A DNA stretch of 64,000 nucleotides from Methanobacteriota archaeon (GCA_963787255.1 CAWBCJ010000029.1:576001-640000), one strand, 5' to 3'; shown: positions 22,437-33,616, counted from the first letter of the stretch. The notes: generated from the sequence alone by a model not told the origin. Made by a program: numbers and translations.

Positions 22437-24596
22437 TTAGAAAGGTAATGATGCATAACTGCCTTTCATAATGGCTGTATCTGTGTTCCAATTATTTATT
22501 ACGCCAAATGTATTTTTAGTGCTTGTTCCATCTGCGCTATACCATTGATCGTTTACCCAAACTTGAGCCCAGACATGTCCATAAACGCTTCCACTACTGA
22601 AGGTACAGGTTCCATGCATGTATTTTGCCGGAATTCCTGTTGCTCTTTCTAGAGCGATTAATAAGTGCGTAGTGTCCACACAATTTCCTTTCATATCGTT
22701 ATAAGTTCTTATGGCTCCTCTTTGAGTATTATAGTAGAATGAATAATCTATGTTATCTCGTACCCAGTTGAATATTTTCACTGCTTTATCATATTGAGAA
22801 GTTGCACCACTTGTTATTTGAGCTGCCAGTGCTTGGATAACTGGATCATTAGCCTGACAGTTTGCAGTTGTTTCCATGTATGGAACTAGATCAGATGAAA
22901 TATTTAAGGAAACAGCTATCCATGGTCTCATTGTTGCAAAGTCAGCCATTTTACCACTAGTATTGTAGTAATCCAGGATCATAGTGTACAAGTAGACTAT
23001 ACTTTGAAATCCTAGGTATGTTCCTAGGCTTGTTTTGTATGCGTAGTCTGGTGTTTTACCTGTATTATCCATGTAGTTTTTGATGTCGTTTGCAATTTTT
23101 AGGTATTCTGTTTTGTAAATATTTCCTGCAGTTATGCTGTCTTGTGGACTTGTTGGGGCAGTGAAATTCATTAATGGCATCGAATTGTTCTTTCCACTGT
23201 TAATCTGCAATAAAGCACTGGTTAATAATTCTAGGAATTGTGACATAGTAACTTGGTTTGTTCCAATTTGTACATAGTTTGGTAGTTTGCAATTAGTTTC
23301 AATTTGATCTCTTACAGTTGATGCAGCGGCCTTAATTTGATCTATACTGAATTTTGGTGCATTTGGATCCACAACAGGTTTTGGTACCATAACGCTCCAT
23401 GGTTCCATTCCTGCCCAGTCAGCCACCTTACCGCTGGTGTTGTAGTAATCTAGGATCATAGTGTACATGTAGACTAGGTTTTGGAATCCTAGACATGTTC
23501 CTAGGCTTGTTCCGTATGCAAAGTCTGGTGTTTTACCATTACTGTCCATGTAGTTTTTGATGTCGTTTGCAATTTTTAAATATTCTGCTTTATAGATGTT
23601 TCCTGCATGAATGTTGTCTTTTGGGCTTGTTGGTGCGGTGAAATTCATTAATGGCATCGGATTGTTCTTTCCACTGTTAATTTGCAATAAAGCACTGGTT
23701 AATAATTCTAGGAATTGTGACATAGTAACTTGGCTTGACCCTATTAATACAGAACCAGGTAAAACATGATTAGACTCAATTTGATCTCTTACAGTTGATG
23801 CAGCGGCCTTAATTTGATCTATACTGAATTTTGGTGCATTTGGATCCACAACAGGTTTTGATACTATAACGCTCCATGGTTCCATTCCTGCCCAGTCAGC
23901 CACCTTACCGCTGGTGTTGTAGTAATCTAGGATCATAGTGTACATGTAGACTAGGTTTTGGAATCCTAGACATGTTCCCAGGCTTGTTCCATATGCAAAG
24001 TCTGGTGTTTTACCATTACTGTCCATGTAGTTTTTGATGTCGTTTGCAATTTTTAAATACTCTGCTTTATAGATGTTACCTGCTTTAATGTTGTCTTTTG
24101 GGCTTGTTGGTGCGGTGAAATTCATTAATGGCATCGGATTGTTCTTTCCACTGTTAATTTGCAATAAAGCACTGGTTAATAATTCTAGGAATTGTGACAT
24201 AGTAATTTGGGTTGTTCCAATTTGTACATTGTCTGGTAACTTATGATAAGTTTCAATTTGACCTCTTACAGTTGATGCTGCATTTTTTATCTGATTGACA
24301 GTGAAAGTAGTTGTATTTTGTGAATTGATAAAGAAAGAATTGTCAATATTAGTATAGGGATTCTCACCTGCTGCTTGATCTGTTGTATTAGTGATATTAC
24401 TTGTGTTTTCGCTGATTATTGTGGTATTTACTGGATTTGATGTACTGTTGTCTATTAGTAAATCAGATATTTCCTGATTTTCTGTTAAATTAGTTCCATT
24501 CTCTGTTTGAGTTTCATTAGTGGCGTAATTAACACATGAGCTAAATAAAGCCATGATAAATACGATTAGCACTGTAAAGAGTATTTTCTTCGTAAT
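22437..24596 (-). CDS. Secreted protein with pseudomurein-binding repeats and a C-terminal transglutaminase-like domain
   Basis: Signal peptide (KKILFTVLIVFIMALF), three ~159-aa repeats, GNCVD / GHVWAQ / ADGT Cys-His-Asp triad; start uncertain (ATT at 24596 proposed). Confidence 0.85.
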   Translation of the reverse strand: MTKKILFTVLIVFIMALFSSCVNYATNETQTENGTNLTENQEISDLLIDNSTSNPVNTTIISENTSNITNTTDQAAGENPYTNIDNSFFINSQNTTTFTVNQIKNAASTVRGQIETYHKLPDNVQIGTTQITMSQFLELLTSALLQINSGKNNPMPLMNFTAPTSPKDNIKAGNIYKAEYLKIANDIKNYMDSNGKTPDFAYGTSLGTCLGFQNLVYMYTMILDYYNTSGKVADWAGMEPWSVIVSKPVVDPNAPKFSIDQIKAAASTVRDQIESNHVLPGSVLIGSSQVTMSQFLELLTSALLQINSGKNNPMPLMNFTAPTSPKDNIHAGNIYKAEYLKIANDIKNYMDSNGKTPDFAYGTSLGTCLGFQNLVYMYTMILDYYNTSGKVADWAGMEPWSVMVPKPVVDPNAPKFSIDQIKAAASTVRDQIETNCKLPNYVQIGTNQVTMSQFLELLTSALLQINSGKNNSMPLMNFTAPTSPQDSITAGNIYKTEYLKIANDIKNYMDNTGKTPDYAYKTSLGTYLGFQSIVYLYTMILDYYNTSGKMADFATMRPWIAVSLNISSDLVPYMETTANCQANDPVIQALAAQITSGATSQYDKAVKIFNWVRDNIDYSFYYNTQRGAIRTYNDMKGNCVDTTHLLIALERATGIPAKYMHGTCTFSSGSVYGHVWAQVWVNDQWYSADGTSTKNTFGVINNWNTDTAIMKGSYASLPF
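22930..24300. repeat. Three near-identical ~477-bp intragenic tandem repeats
   Basis: e.g. TCTATACTGAATTTTGGTGC at 23341 and 23818 (offset 477). Confidence 0.9.
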
Positions 24597-25252
24597 TGTA
24601 CCGCCTCCGAATCCAAAAACACACCTATGGGGCATCATAATTTTTGAAAGTATTTTCTTAATTATTGAAACCTTTATAATGCTTTTGGACAAGATTATGT
24701 TCATTTTCACAGCTTATATAAAGTTTTTGGTTTTAAATTGTGAAAAAAGGATTATTAAAACTTATTTTTTCATTATAAACTCTATTAAAAGTTTTTAAAA
24801 TGATATATTAAGTTTAAAAACCCTGGATAAGTATTTTTAATAAATAAGGTTTAATTAAAACCATATTGGAAAAAGAAGCATTAATTAATGTTATTACATT
24901 GGGGTTTTAAACCTTCAAATACATTTTAGACTTATATTTGCCTTAAATTGAAAAAAAAGGAATATGATTACCTTTTAAATCTGTAAATCATTTTATAATG
25001 CTTATCTAAATTATGTAGTGTGAGCCAATGTTATTCATTTTTAATTAAACTTATTTGTAAGCCTTAAAAAAAACCATTAAAACATTTAAATAATTTAAAA
25101 TCATTTTTAGGTATTTCTAGATGTTTAATCATTTTTATTAAACTTAAAGGTTATCGTTTATATTTAGACATCAACATTTAAATTGTCAGTACAGTTTGTT
25201 TAATGAAATTAGAATCCATAAATTAATACATTAAAAAAGATAAAAACATTAA

Positions 25253-25753
25253 ATGGGGATAAAAATGGAATTTAATACTATAATTGTTAAACTGGAAGCT
25301 CCTGAAGGATGTAACTTAATTTTAGGGCAGAGTCACTTTATTAAAACTGTTGAAGACCTGCATGAAGCAATTATAAACACAGTGCCAGACGCTGAATTTG
25401 GACTTGCATTCTCGGAGGCATCAGGAGATTGCCTTGTAAGGAAATCAGGCAATAATAACACTCTTGTTAAAACTGCAGCCGAAAAAATGTTTGAAATAGG
25501 ATGCGGGCATTCATTTTTAATATTTATTAAAAAAGCTTTTCCAATCAACGTTATTCAGCGTATAAACACCGTACCTGAAGTCGTAAATCTTTACTGTGCA
25601 ACTGCAAATCCGGTACAAGTATTAATTGCAGAAACAGAGCAAGGAAGAGGAATATTAGGTGTAATTGATGGATTAAAGCCGAAAGGAATTGAAAATGAAG
25701 AGGACGAAGAAACAAGAAAAAAATCGCTAAGGGAATGGGGTTATAAACTCTAA
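25253..25753 (+). CDS. Adenosine-specific kinase / DUF355 family protein
   Basis: [42 protein letters not shown]. Confidence 0.85.
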   Translation: MGIKMEFNTIIVKLEAPEGCNLILGQSHFIKTVEDLHEAIINTVPDAEFGLAFSEASGDCLVRKSGNNNTLVKTAAEKMFEIGCGHSFLIFIKKAFPINVIQRINTVPEVVNLYCATANPVQVLIAETEQGRGILGVIDGLKPKGIENEEDEETRKKSLREWGYKL

Positions 25754-25912
25754 TATTGATTAAAAATCTTTAAATTTACTTAATTGTCCTTTTTTAAAAC
25801 TTTTTCATATTTATTTTAATTTTAATTTTAAATTGAAAGGATTAGTGGATAGGTAATATTTTATACTTTTACTGCCATAATTATTAACAATAATCCATGG
25901 GAGGATTTATTT

Positions 25913-26245
25913 ATGGGAGAATCAAATGTTGTTTTTCTAAAGGATTCAGGACAGGAAAAACGTGGAGAAACCAAAACTGTAATTAAAGAAGATTATGTCA
26001 AATTCTTAAATAGAACCGGTGGTGTAGTTGAAATTAAATTTAGAGCTCCTAGAGAAGAATTAATTGACGCATACCAATTTTTCAGCGGCGTGAATGATAT
26101 GGAATCACTAGGAATGGACATTGCAGCATCCGGCGATAGGTGGAACCATTATTTTAGAGGAGTATCTCCACTTGTAGAGGATGAAGATGGAACTGGATAC
26201 AAATTCCAGGTTACTTTGCAGATCAGGGATGCAGCACCGCGCTAG
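25913..26245 (+). CDS. Hypothetical protein (110 aa)
   Basis: GGAGG RBS, coding-like composition, no recognised motif. Confidence 0.7.
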   Translation: MGESNVVFLKDSGQEKRGETKTVIKEDYVKFLNRTGGVVEIKFRAPREELIDAYQFFSGVNDMESLGMDIAASGDRWNHYFRGVSPLVEDEDGTGYKFQVTLQIRDAAPR

Positions 26246-26278
26246 TTTAGCTTGATTTTAAAAATAAAATTATTATTT

Positions 26279-26845
26279 TTAATTTTTAGATGAATGCTTC
26301 TTAAAAACATCCATTATTTCTTCAGGAGTTCTTAATATATTTATTCCCATATTTGCAAGTTTTTCAACATGTTCAACGTCTTCTTTTCTTATTGTCAGTT
26401 CAAGATCGCGCCCATCAGGAAGCTGTGTAACTACAACTCCCTCTTCAAAATCAGAAGGTAATAAATAGATTGGAATACCTGCTTTTTGGCCCATGATAGC
26501 TGCATTTGGAATTAAAGCGTCACCAATTCGCAGTGAAATTTTGGCAACTGTATTGGATGTTGTTGGTGCAATTAACATAAATTCAAACTGACCTAACTGT
26601 ATTTGCCCTGCTAAAAATGGAGCATTTGCATTAACTTCAACCCATGTCCTGTCAAATTCCACTTCCAATTCTTTAAATAGTCCATAGTATTTTAAAACCT
26701 GATCTCCAGCCTTTGAAATGTATATGCGAATGTCGTATTCATCGATGTATTTGTCACGTATTTTTTGCATGATATTTACTGTTTCTATTATTTTATCCCC
26801 GCTTCCAGTAATTCCCCAAGCTATTTTCTTTTTTTTAGCTGTCAT
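26279..26845 (-). CDS. afpA: Archaeoflavoprotein AfpA
   Basis: IAWGITGSG, NANAPFLAG, IAPTTSNTVAK, LPSD. Confidence 0.88.
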   Translation of the reverse strand: MTAKKKKIAWGITGSGDKIIETVNIMQKIRDKYIDEYDIRIYISKAGDQVLKYYGLFKELEVEFDRTWVEVNANAPFLAGQIQLGQFEFMLIAPTTSNTVAKISLRIGDALIPNAAIMGQKAGIPIYLLPSDFEEGVVVTQLPDGRDLELTIRKEDVEHVEKLANMGINILRTPEEIMDVFKKHSSKN

Positions 26846-27038
26846 GGTTCTTATTATTGTTTTTAAAATATAATTAGTTTTTGCCTTTTAAATAGTTTTA
26901 TAATAAAATTTAAGTTAAATCTGAATTATAGTACTGATAATGAAATTATTTTAAAAGTTAGTTTATTTAATCTCAAAAATACAGCTTGAATCATGAATTT
27001 GAGTTTTTTTTGTATATTATCAATTTAAGGTAGTTAAC

Positions 27039-27245
27039 ATGGAACATACTAAAAAAGAAAAAATAGAAGAAAATAAAAAAGATATTGAATCAGTTCAGAA
27101 ATTAGAAGAAAAACCAGAAAAAATTGAGGTCTGCTTCATCTGCCATAAAAAATTTGACATAAATAAAGATGATGATAGCTATTACCGGCATGGAAAATAC
27201 CCTATGTGTGCATATTGTGCTGAATTTTATGGATTTTACAGGTAA
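27039..27245 (+). CDS. Small protein with CxxC...CxxC zinc-binding motif
   Basis: AAGGT RBS; CFIC...CAYC. Confidence 0.6.
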   Translation: MEHTKKEKIEENKKDIESVQKLEEKPEKIEVCFICHKKFDINKDDDSYYRHGKYPMCAYCAEFYGFYR

Positions 27246-27481
27246 AAACTGAAATAGAGATTATCTCTATTAATATTTTTTTTATAAATAATCATAAATT
27301 ATTTATAATTTGAAAATCATAGTAGTGCCTGGAAGAAGTATTCATTAAAACCAAAAGATTGACCTTATGATTATTCAGCATAAAAAACTGAAAAATTAAA
27401 AAAAGGAAAAATCCAAGGAATTAATGGATATTTTTCCACCATAATACTATTTTAAAATCAAATTTTTAAACTAAAAAGGAT

Positions 27482-28832
27482 TTATTTATTTAAATGTTTT
27501 TTAATAAGAGATATACCCCATTCGGCCATTTCTTTAGCTTCTTCTTTCGTTTTAGCCTCTGCAAAAGCATCTGAATATTGGTTCTGTGCCCGAAGGCCTG
27601 ATTATAACCCATCCTTCATCTTTGATTATTTTAACACCGTCGGTGGTATCTACTTCAAATTCACTTGTTTCAGCAGCAATTTTCTGCATTATTTCCTGTT
27701 TAATGTCGTCTGGGCATTCAATTTTCATTTTTTCAGAATAATAAACCGGTAATTCTTCCACAAGCTTGGAGAGAGGTTTTCCTTCCTTGGCAAGTATTTC
27801 AACAACTTTAGCAGCTGAAAGTGCAGCGTCCCGTCCATAAACAAAATCAGGGAATATTAATCCACCATTTTCTTCGCCACCGAATAGACCGTTTTTATCT
27901 TTTAATTCCCTAGCAACAATTAAATCTCCTACTTTAGTTGCTGTAACTTCACCGTTATATTCATTTGCTATATCATAAATTGCAGTGGAAGTTGCAACTG
28001 TAGTAACGATTAAACCGCCGTTATTTTCTTTAAGCATGTATTTTTCCACAAGTGCAAATGATTTATCGCCAAAAACGAAATTTCCATCCTCATCAATACA
28101 AATAGTACGGTCTGCATCTCCATCATGTGCAAAACCAACATTTGCACCAGTTGCCTTTACAACTTCAATTAATTCCTTAAGATTGGGTTCGGTTGGTTCA
28201 GGATCTCTACCTGGAAAAAATCCGTCCGGCTGACAATTCATGGTAATAACTTCACATCCAAGCTCTCTTAAGATGTATGGTGTTGTAAAACAGGCAGCTC
28301 CACTTCCACAGTCAACAATTACCTTTAGTTTTGCTTTTCTAATTTCATCTTCATCAACCCGTTTTATAACTTCTTGAATGTATTCTTCAAGGATGCTAGA
28401 GTTGTTTTCTACCTCTCCAATTTTATCCCAGGATACCCTATCCGGATTATCATTAAAGAACATTTCTTCTATCTCTATTTCTGTTTCATCGGGAGTTCCT
28501 ATCCCGTAAGAATCAACCAACTTTAATCCATTGTATTTTGGAGGATTATGTGAAGCTGTAATAATAATTCCTGCATCATAGTAATTCCTGACTGCATACT
28601 GGACAGCAGGGGTAGGTAAATATCCTAAATCGACCACATCACATCCTGAAGAGAGTAATCCAGATATTACTGCATGTTTTATCATTTCTGTAGATGTTCT
28701 GGTATCTCCTCCAACTGCAACCTTTCCTTTTACAAGTGTTCCATAGGATGCAGCGATTTTTGACGCGAATTCAGGCGTTAATTCTGTATTAGCCAACCTT
28801 CTAACTCCAAATGTTCCAAATAATCGTTTCAT
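27482..28832 (-). CDS. glmM: Phosphoglucosamine mutase / phosphomannomutase (frameshift near 27565)
   Basis: FGTFGVR, TASHNP, DGDADR, GEENGG, RPSGTEP; removing one T restores C-terminus ..CFAEAKTKEEAKEMAEWG.. Confidence 0.88.
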
Positions 28833-29067
28833 AATTTTCACTGTCCTGATTTTAATACGATGTTAAAAGCGTTAATTATACTCTTTTTAATATTTTTATA
28901 TTAATATTTTATAACCAAAGATATTAATCAATTTTGTTTAATGATGGCAAAGAATTTTAATAGATTTCAGAATAAACCTTTCCAATGGGCATTTTCTAGA
29001 CATTTTAATTATATAAATAGATTTATAATTATTTATTATACATTAAAAATAAAAAAGATGAAAACAT

Positions 29068-30748
29068 TTAATTTCTAGCATTGAATATGGATTCAACACG
29101 ATCTACAGTATCAATATCATCCAAACTCAAATCTTCCCTGATTCTCTTAACGACAGGGAATCTAAGGGAATAACCGCTTTCATACTCAGGACTTTTAACA
29201 ATTTCGCTGAAGGCCACTTCAATGATGATTTCTGGCTTTGCCTTTACTTTTCTTCCTTTTTTTTCTGTCATAATGCTTTCTACTTTGTTTGAAAGCTCGA
29301 GAAGTGTGGCATCGTCAAGACCTGTGGCTGTATAGGCCATAGTTTTTAAATTTCCTTCTTCATCCTGTGCGGCCATTAGATATGAACCTATAAGATTTGC
29401 TCTTCTGCCTCTACCATATGTCCCCCCGACAACGACTAAATCAAGTGTTTCAGGCTCGGCTTTGAACTTAAGCATCTTTTTTCCCCTTATTCCGGGCATA
29501 TAAGGGGCATAAGGATCTTTTATCATTATTCCCTCGTGGCCACTTTTAATAGAACTTTCAAATAGTTTCTGAGCTTCGTCAACATTTTCAGGAGTAACTA
29601 TAACCTGCTGACTGAGTTCAAATTTGGAAGGCTTGAACTGCAGCAATTTCCTGCAATATAACACGTCTTTCACCAAAAGGCATGTCAATTAGAGGCTCTT
29701 TATAATAAAGAACATCAAATAGGTACATAATAAGGGGAACTTCCTGTCTGAGCCTATCAATTTCATACTTCCTCCGAACCCGTTGTAGAATGTATTGGAA
29801 GGAAATAGGAAATCCTCCCTTTGTTGCTATTATTTCTCCTTCTACAATAAAATCTTCTTTAGGAAGGCATTTTTCTATATATTCTACAATTTCAGGGACT
29901 GCATCTTTTATATTATCAAGTCTTCTGGTGAATATTTTAATATCATTCCCATTTCTGTGAATTTGAACTCTGAATCCATCATATTTTGTTTCACAAATTG
30001 CAGCACCCATTTCTTCTACTGATGTCTTAATATCTGGTGAAAGCTGAGCAAGCATTGGTTTAACGGGTTTACCTGGGTTTAAGTTAAGTTTTTTAAGCCC
30101 TTCTTCTCCTTCACTTTTTGCAACTTCTGCAATAAGTCCTGGATTGTTTGTAAGCATTAAAGCTCTTTCAACAAGTTCCTTATCTACATTAAAAGCTTGC
30201 GAAATGGAATCTTTCAGAGTTCCTTCACCAATTCCTACTCTAAGCTCTTCAACAACAGTCCTTGTAATATATTTTGCTTCTTTTGGCGAAGCAGAAGTTA
30301 AAAGTTCAATGAGAATTCTTAATTTTTTTTGCACAGCATTTTTTCCAGATACATCTGCTATTTTTACCATATTATTGTAAACTTTGCTTATGGTCAATGG
30401 TCTTGTAAAAAGGGTTGATTGAAGTCTGTTACCAAAAAGATGCTCTGAAGCAAGGCCAATATCTCCTTTATCCCTAACACTGTCTTCAACAGTATCTGTA
30501 CTAACACCTACAACTAGAGATATGGCTTTCATTAGCAATTTTAATCCTATACCCATTTCTTTTTCGCTCCATGTGGGAAATACTTTTCCTAAGGATAATA
30601 AAGTGACAATTGGGAGTATTTTAGGGTCAGCGTCCTTTAAAAATTCTGCAAGTATGCTTGTTTTTTCAAGCCTTTTGGTTGTAGAAGTCAGCTCTTCATA
30701 GATGTCTACAAGTTTCTGATACCTCATTTCGCTTTCTAATTCGGGCAT
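29068..30748 (-). CDS. lig: Housekeeping ATP-dependent DNA ligase (frameshift near 29635)
   Basis: PMLAQ, ETKYDGFR, EGEI, EGIMIK, LRFP across two overlapping ORFs. Confidence 0.92.
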
Positions 30749-30901
30749 TTTATCACAGCGTGAATATTAATAATTAAAAATCTCTAACTATTATAGATGG
30801 AATGTTACTCATAAATTTAATTGTTGTTTCTTCCGAATTAAAAAAAAATTTTTAAATTAAAATGTAAAAATATAATTAAAGAGTTATTTAATGGGATTAA
30901 T

Positions 30902-31690
30902 ATGCCGGAATTACCTGAAGTGGAATCATTTGGAAGATATCTTGAAAAGACGTCTCTTAATAAAAAAATCGAAGAAGTAGAAGTAAAAAGTCCTGAACTC
31001 CTGCAAAATATTGATGTTGATAGTTTAAAGGATAAATTGGAAGGCAGCATCTTTAGGCATACTAAAAGACATGGTAAATATCTTTTCGTACTTTTAGATA
31101 ATGATTCGTGGCTTATCTTGCATTTTGGAATGACTGGCAGTTTTAAATATTTCAAAAATGGTGATGAAAAGCCGCTATATGATAGAATACTCTTTAATTT
31201 TGAAGATGATAGTCATCTTGCCTTTAATGATCCGAGGAAGTTTGGAAAGATTCATTTAACTTTTAAAATCTTGGATTTCATTAAGGAAAAGAAATTAGGG
31301 CCAGATGCACTGAATATAGACTTAAAAACCTTTAAAAAGTTATATAATAAACGAAGAGGTGCCGCAAAATCTGCTTTGATGAATCAGCATGTGATGGCTG
31401 GTGTTGGTAATATCTACTCTGATGAAGTACTTTATCAGGCTTGTGTTCATCCTAAAACTTCCTTTAATGCTTTAAACGATGCTAAAATAACAGAAATATT
31501 CAATATAATGAAAAAAGTTTTAGATACAGCAGTATATAGGCAGATGCATGGTCAGAAACTTCCAGATTCTTATTTGATTCCTAATAGGATAAAAAATGGT
31601 AAATGTCCTGATTCGGATATAAAGTTAAAAACACTTAAAATTGCAGGTAGAACTTCTTATTATTGTCCTGAATGTCAAAAAGAAGATTGA
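30902..31690 (+). CDS. Fpg/Nei (MutM-like) DNA glycosylase/AP lyase
   Basis: N-terminal PELPEV, RHGKYL, HFGMTG, DPRKFG, H2TH AGVGNIYSDE, GRTSYYCPECQ. Confidence 0.92.
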   Translation: MPELPEVESFGRYLEKTSLNKKIEEVEVKSPELLQNIDVDSLKDKLEGSIFRHTKRHGKYLFVLLDNDSWLILHFGMTGSFKYFKNGDEKPLYDRILFNFEDDSHLAFNDPRKFGKIHLTFKILDFIKEKKLGPDALNIDLKTFKKLYNKRRGAAKSALMNQHVMAGVGNIYSDEVLYQACVHPKTSFNALNDAKITEIFNIMKKVLDTAVYRQMHGQKLPDSYLIPNRIKNGKCPDSDIKLKTLKIAGRTSYYCPECQKED

Positions 31691-31909
31691 TCAAATTTTT
31701 TTTTATTATTTTGTATTTAAAGGAGTTTTATTGTTGGAAATTAAGATTAACACTTATTTTTCTTTGAATATATTTTATTCCATTTTTATTTTTAAATGTA
31801 GGGGTTTAAATGTTGTTATTTGCTTGTTATGGGGTGATAAAAGCTTTAGTAATACTATTAACTAATAAAGTAATAGAATATAAATATTATGAAAAACAAA
31901 GAATAATGT

Positions 31910-32215
31910 ATGAATTTCGATGCAATATGGCTTTTTGCAGTTTCTGCATCAGTAATAGTATCTATTGCAATAACTGGTTTTATTGCACTAAAAATTGGAA
32001 TATTTTCCTTTAACATTGTAATGGATGCAGTAATAGCCGCAAAGGGCATAGAAAATATGGAAGGCCCCATTGAAAGACCTAAATATGCCGTTTCAGATAT
32101 AAAAGAAGAAAAAGACGTAATATCTTTGTTCATTGACTACATAAATAATTTCAGAAAGGCTAAAGTAAGAAAGAACTATACCAAACACGCATATATGCAG
32201 TTGTTTAAAAAATAA
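31910..32215 (+). CDS. Hypothetical protein with N-terminal hydrophobic helix
   Basis: ORF ends 6 nt before udg; hydrophobic residues 5-40. Confidence 0.5.
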   Translation: MNFDAIWLFAVSASVIVSIAITGFIALKIGIFSFNIVMDAVIAAKGIENMEGPIERPKYAVSDIKEEKDVISLFIDYINNFRKAKVRKNYTKHAYMQLFKK

Positions 32216-32221
32216 TTAAAT

Positions 32222-32767
32222 ATGAAACTTAAAAGACTTTGCGAAATTGCCAGTACCTGCACAGAATGCCCTCTACATGAAAGCAGAACCAAAGTAGTTT
32301 TTGGCGAGGGTCCTGAAGATGCAAAAATCATGCTTATTGGTGAAGCACCCGGAAAAAACGAGGACGAAACCGGAAGGCCCTTTATTGGAATGGCTGGGAG
32401 ATTATTAAGCGAAATACTCCATGAGGCAGACCTTGATCGGTCTGAAATTTACATTACATCCATAGTTAAGTGTAGACCCGAAGGGAATAGAAAGCCTAAG
32501 AAACCCGAATACAGCACTTGCATAGCGCTTTATCTGGAGAAGCAAATCGAGATAATAAATCCAAATATAATTGGATTGCTCGGAAACAGTGCAGCATATG
32601 CTTTAATTGGTAAAAAGAACATTAAGCAAATCCATGGAAAAACCTACGAATTAAACGGTAGAAAATACATGGCATTGTTCCATCCTGCTGCAGCTTTATA
32701 TTCTCGTGCACTCCTTCCTCAATTGAAAGATGACATGATAACTTTAAAAAGACAGATTAAATCTTAA
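32222..32767 (+). CDS. udg: Family-4 uracil-DNA glycosylase
   Basis: CTECPL, GEAPG..ED..GRPF.G.AG, KCRP, HPAA. Confidence 0.93.
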   Translation: MKLKRLCEIASTCTECPLHESRTKVVFGEGPEDAKIMLIGEAPGKNEDETGRPFIGMAGRLLSEILHEADLDRSEIYITSIVKCRPEGNRKPKKPEYSTCIALYLEKQIEIINPNIIGLLGNSAAYALIGKKNIKQIHGKTYELNGRKYMALFHPAAALYSRALLPQLKDDMITLKRQIKS

Positions 32768-32887
32768 TTTTCCTTTTTTTATGAATTATAGATTATATAT
32801 AAAATGATAATTTACTTTTATAATCGTTTTAAAAAATAGCAAGATATTCTTTTAAACATGGTTAAAGAATGAATCTCAAAATTTTAG

Positions 32888-33616
32888 TTAGGAATATACT
32901 ATTTCTTTTAAAGCCAAACAGTTTTTGGGAGCATTGGCTTTATAATCATTATTAAAATAACAGAAACTTTTTTTTGAATCTAATTTTTTAATATTTTTTC
33001 CCCATTTCTCCAGCTCTTTTTGTGAATAGGAATAACGGTATCTATCAGGACCTTTACCGTGAAAACGGACATATGTAATATCTGAAGTGGTTATAATTTC
33101 TTCTGGAAGGTCAGAAGATGAAATTGAACAGAATCCTACATTAAATTCTTTTAAAAGCTCGTAAATTTCATCATCAAACCAGCTTAAATGTCTGAACTCT
33201 ATAATGTTGCTTTTTGAGGAATCTAACTGGTGGAGTGCATTTTTTAAAAAATCAATATCTTTAGACTTCTGGGGAGGAAACTGGAATAATATACAGCTTA
33301 ATTTGTTTTCAAGGATTTCTGCAAGCCTATAAAACCGATTTATTGCGCTTTCTGTATTTTTAAATCTTTTTCTATGTGTAATAATCTGATTAGCTTTTAA
33401 AGTAATCAAAAATTTATCTGGCGTCCTATTATACCATCCCTTAACAGTTTTTTCTGTTGGAAAGCGGTAAAATGTGTTATTCACTTCTATGGTGTTAAAA
33501 TACCTTGAATAATATTCCAGCCATTTTGATTTACTTAATTTTTCAGGGTAAAAACGCCCTTCCCAGTCGTTATAGTACCAGCCGGAACAACCTAGAAAAT
33601 ATCTATTCTCCGTCAT
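32888..33616 (-). CDS. DUF72 family protein
   Basis: GCSGW.Y..W, EVNNTFYR.P, KA..ITH, LFQFPP, EFRH.SW, YVRFHG, YFNND. Confidence 0.92.
   Translation of the reverse strand: MTENRYFLGCSGWYYNDWEGRFYPEKLSKSKWLEYYSRYFNTIEVNNTFYRFPTEKTVKGWYNRTPDKFLITLKANQIITHRKRFKNTESAINRFYRLAEILENKLSCILFQFPPQKSKDIDFLKNALHQLDSSKSNIIEFRHLSWFDDEIYELLKEFNVGFCSISSSDLPEEIITTSDITYVRFHGKGPDRYRYSYSQKELEKWGKNIKKLDSKKSFCYFNNDYKANAPKNCLALKEIVYS

Noticed and set aside
22930-24300. CRISPR array or mobile repeat
   Set aside because: Repeats are long, in-frame protein domains with no spacers; no cas or transposase genes seen
24597-24710. Longer N-terminus of the 757-aa ORF
   Set aside because: No clear RBS, and it would bury the signal peptide behind 38 extra residues
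30737-30913. Divergent lig and fpg both begin MPEL, giving an 11/12-nt inverted repeat
   Set aside because: Short match constrained by the Fpg catalytic N-terminus; no further symmetry or transposase, so probably coincidence
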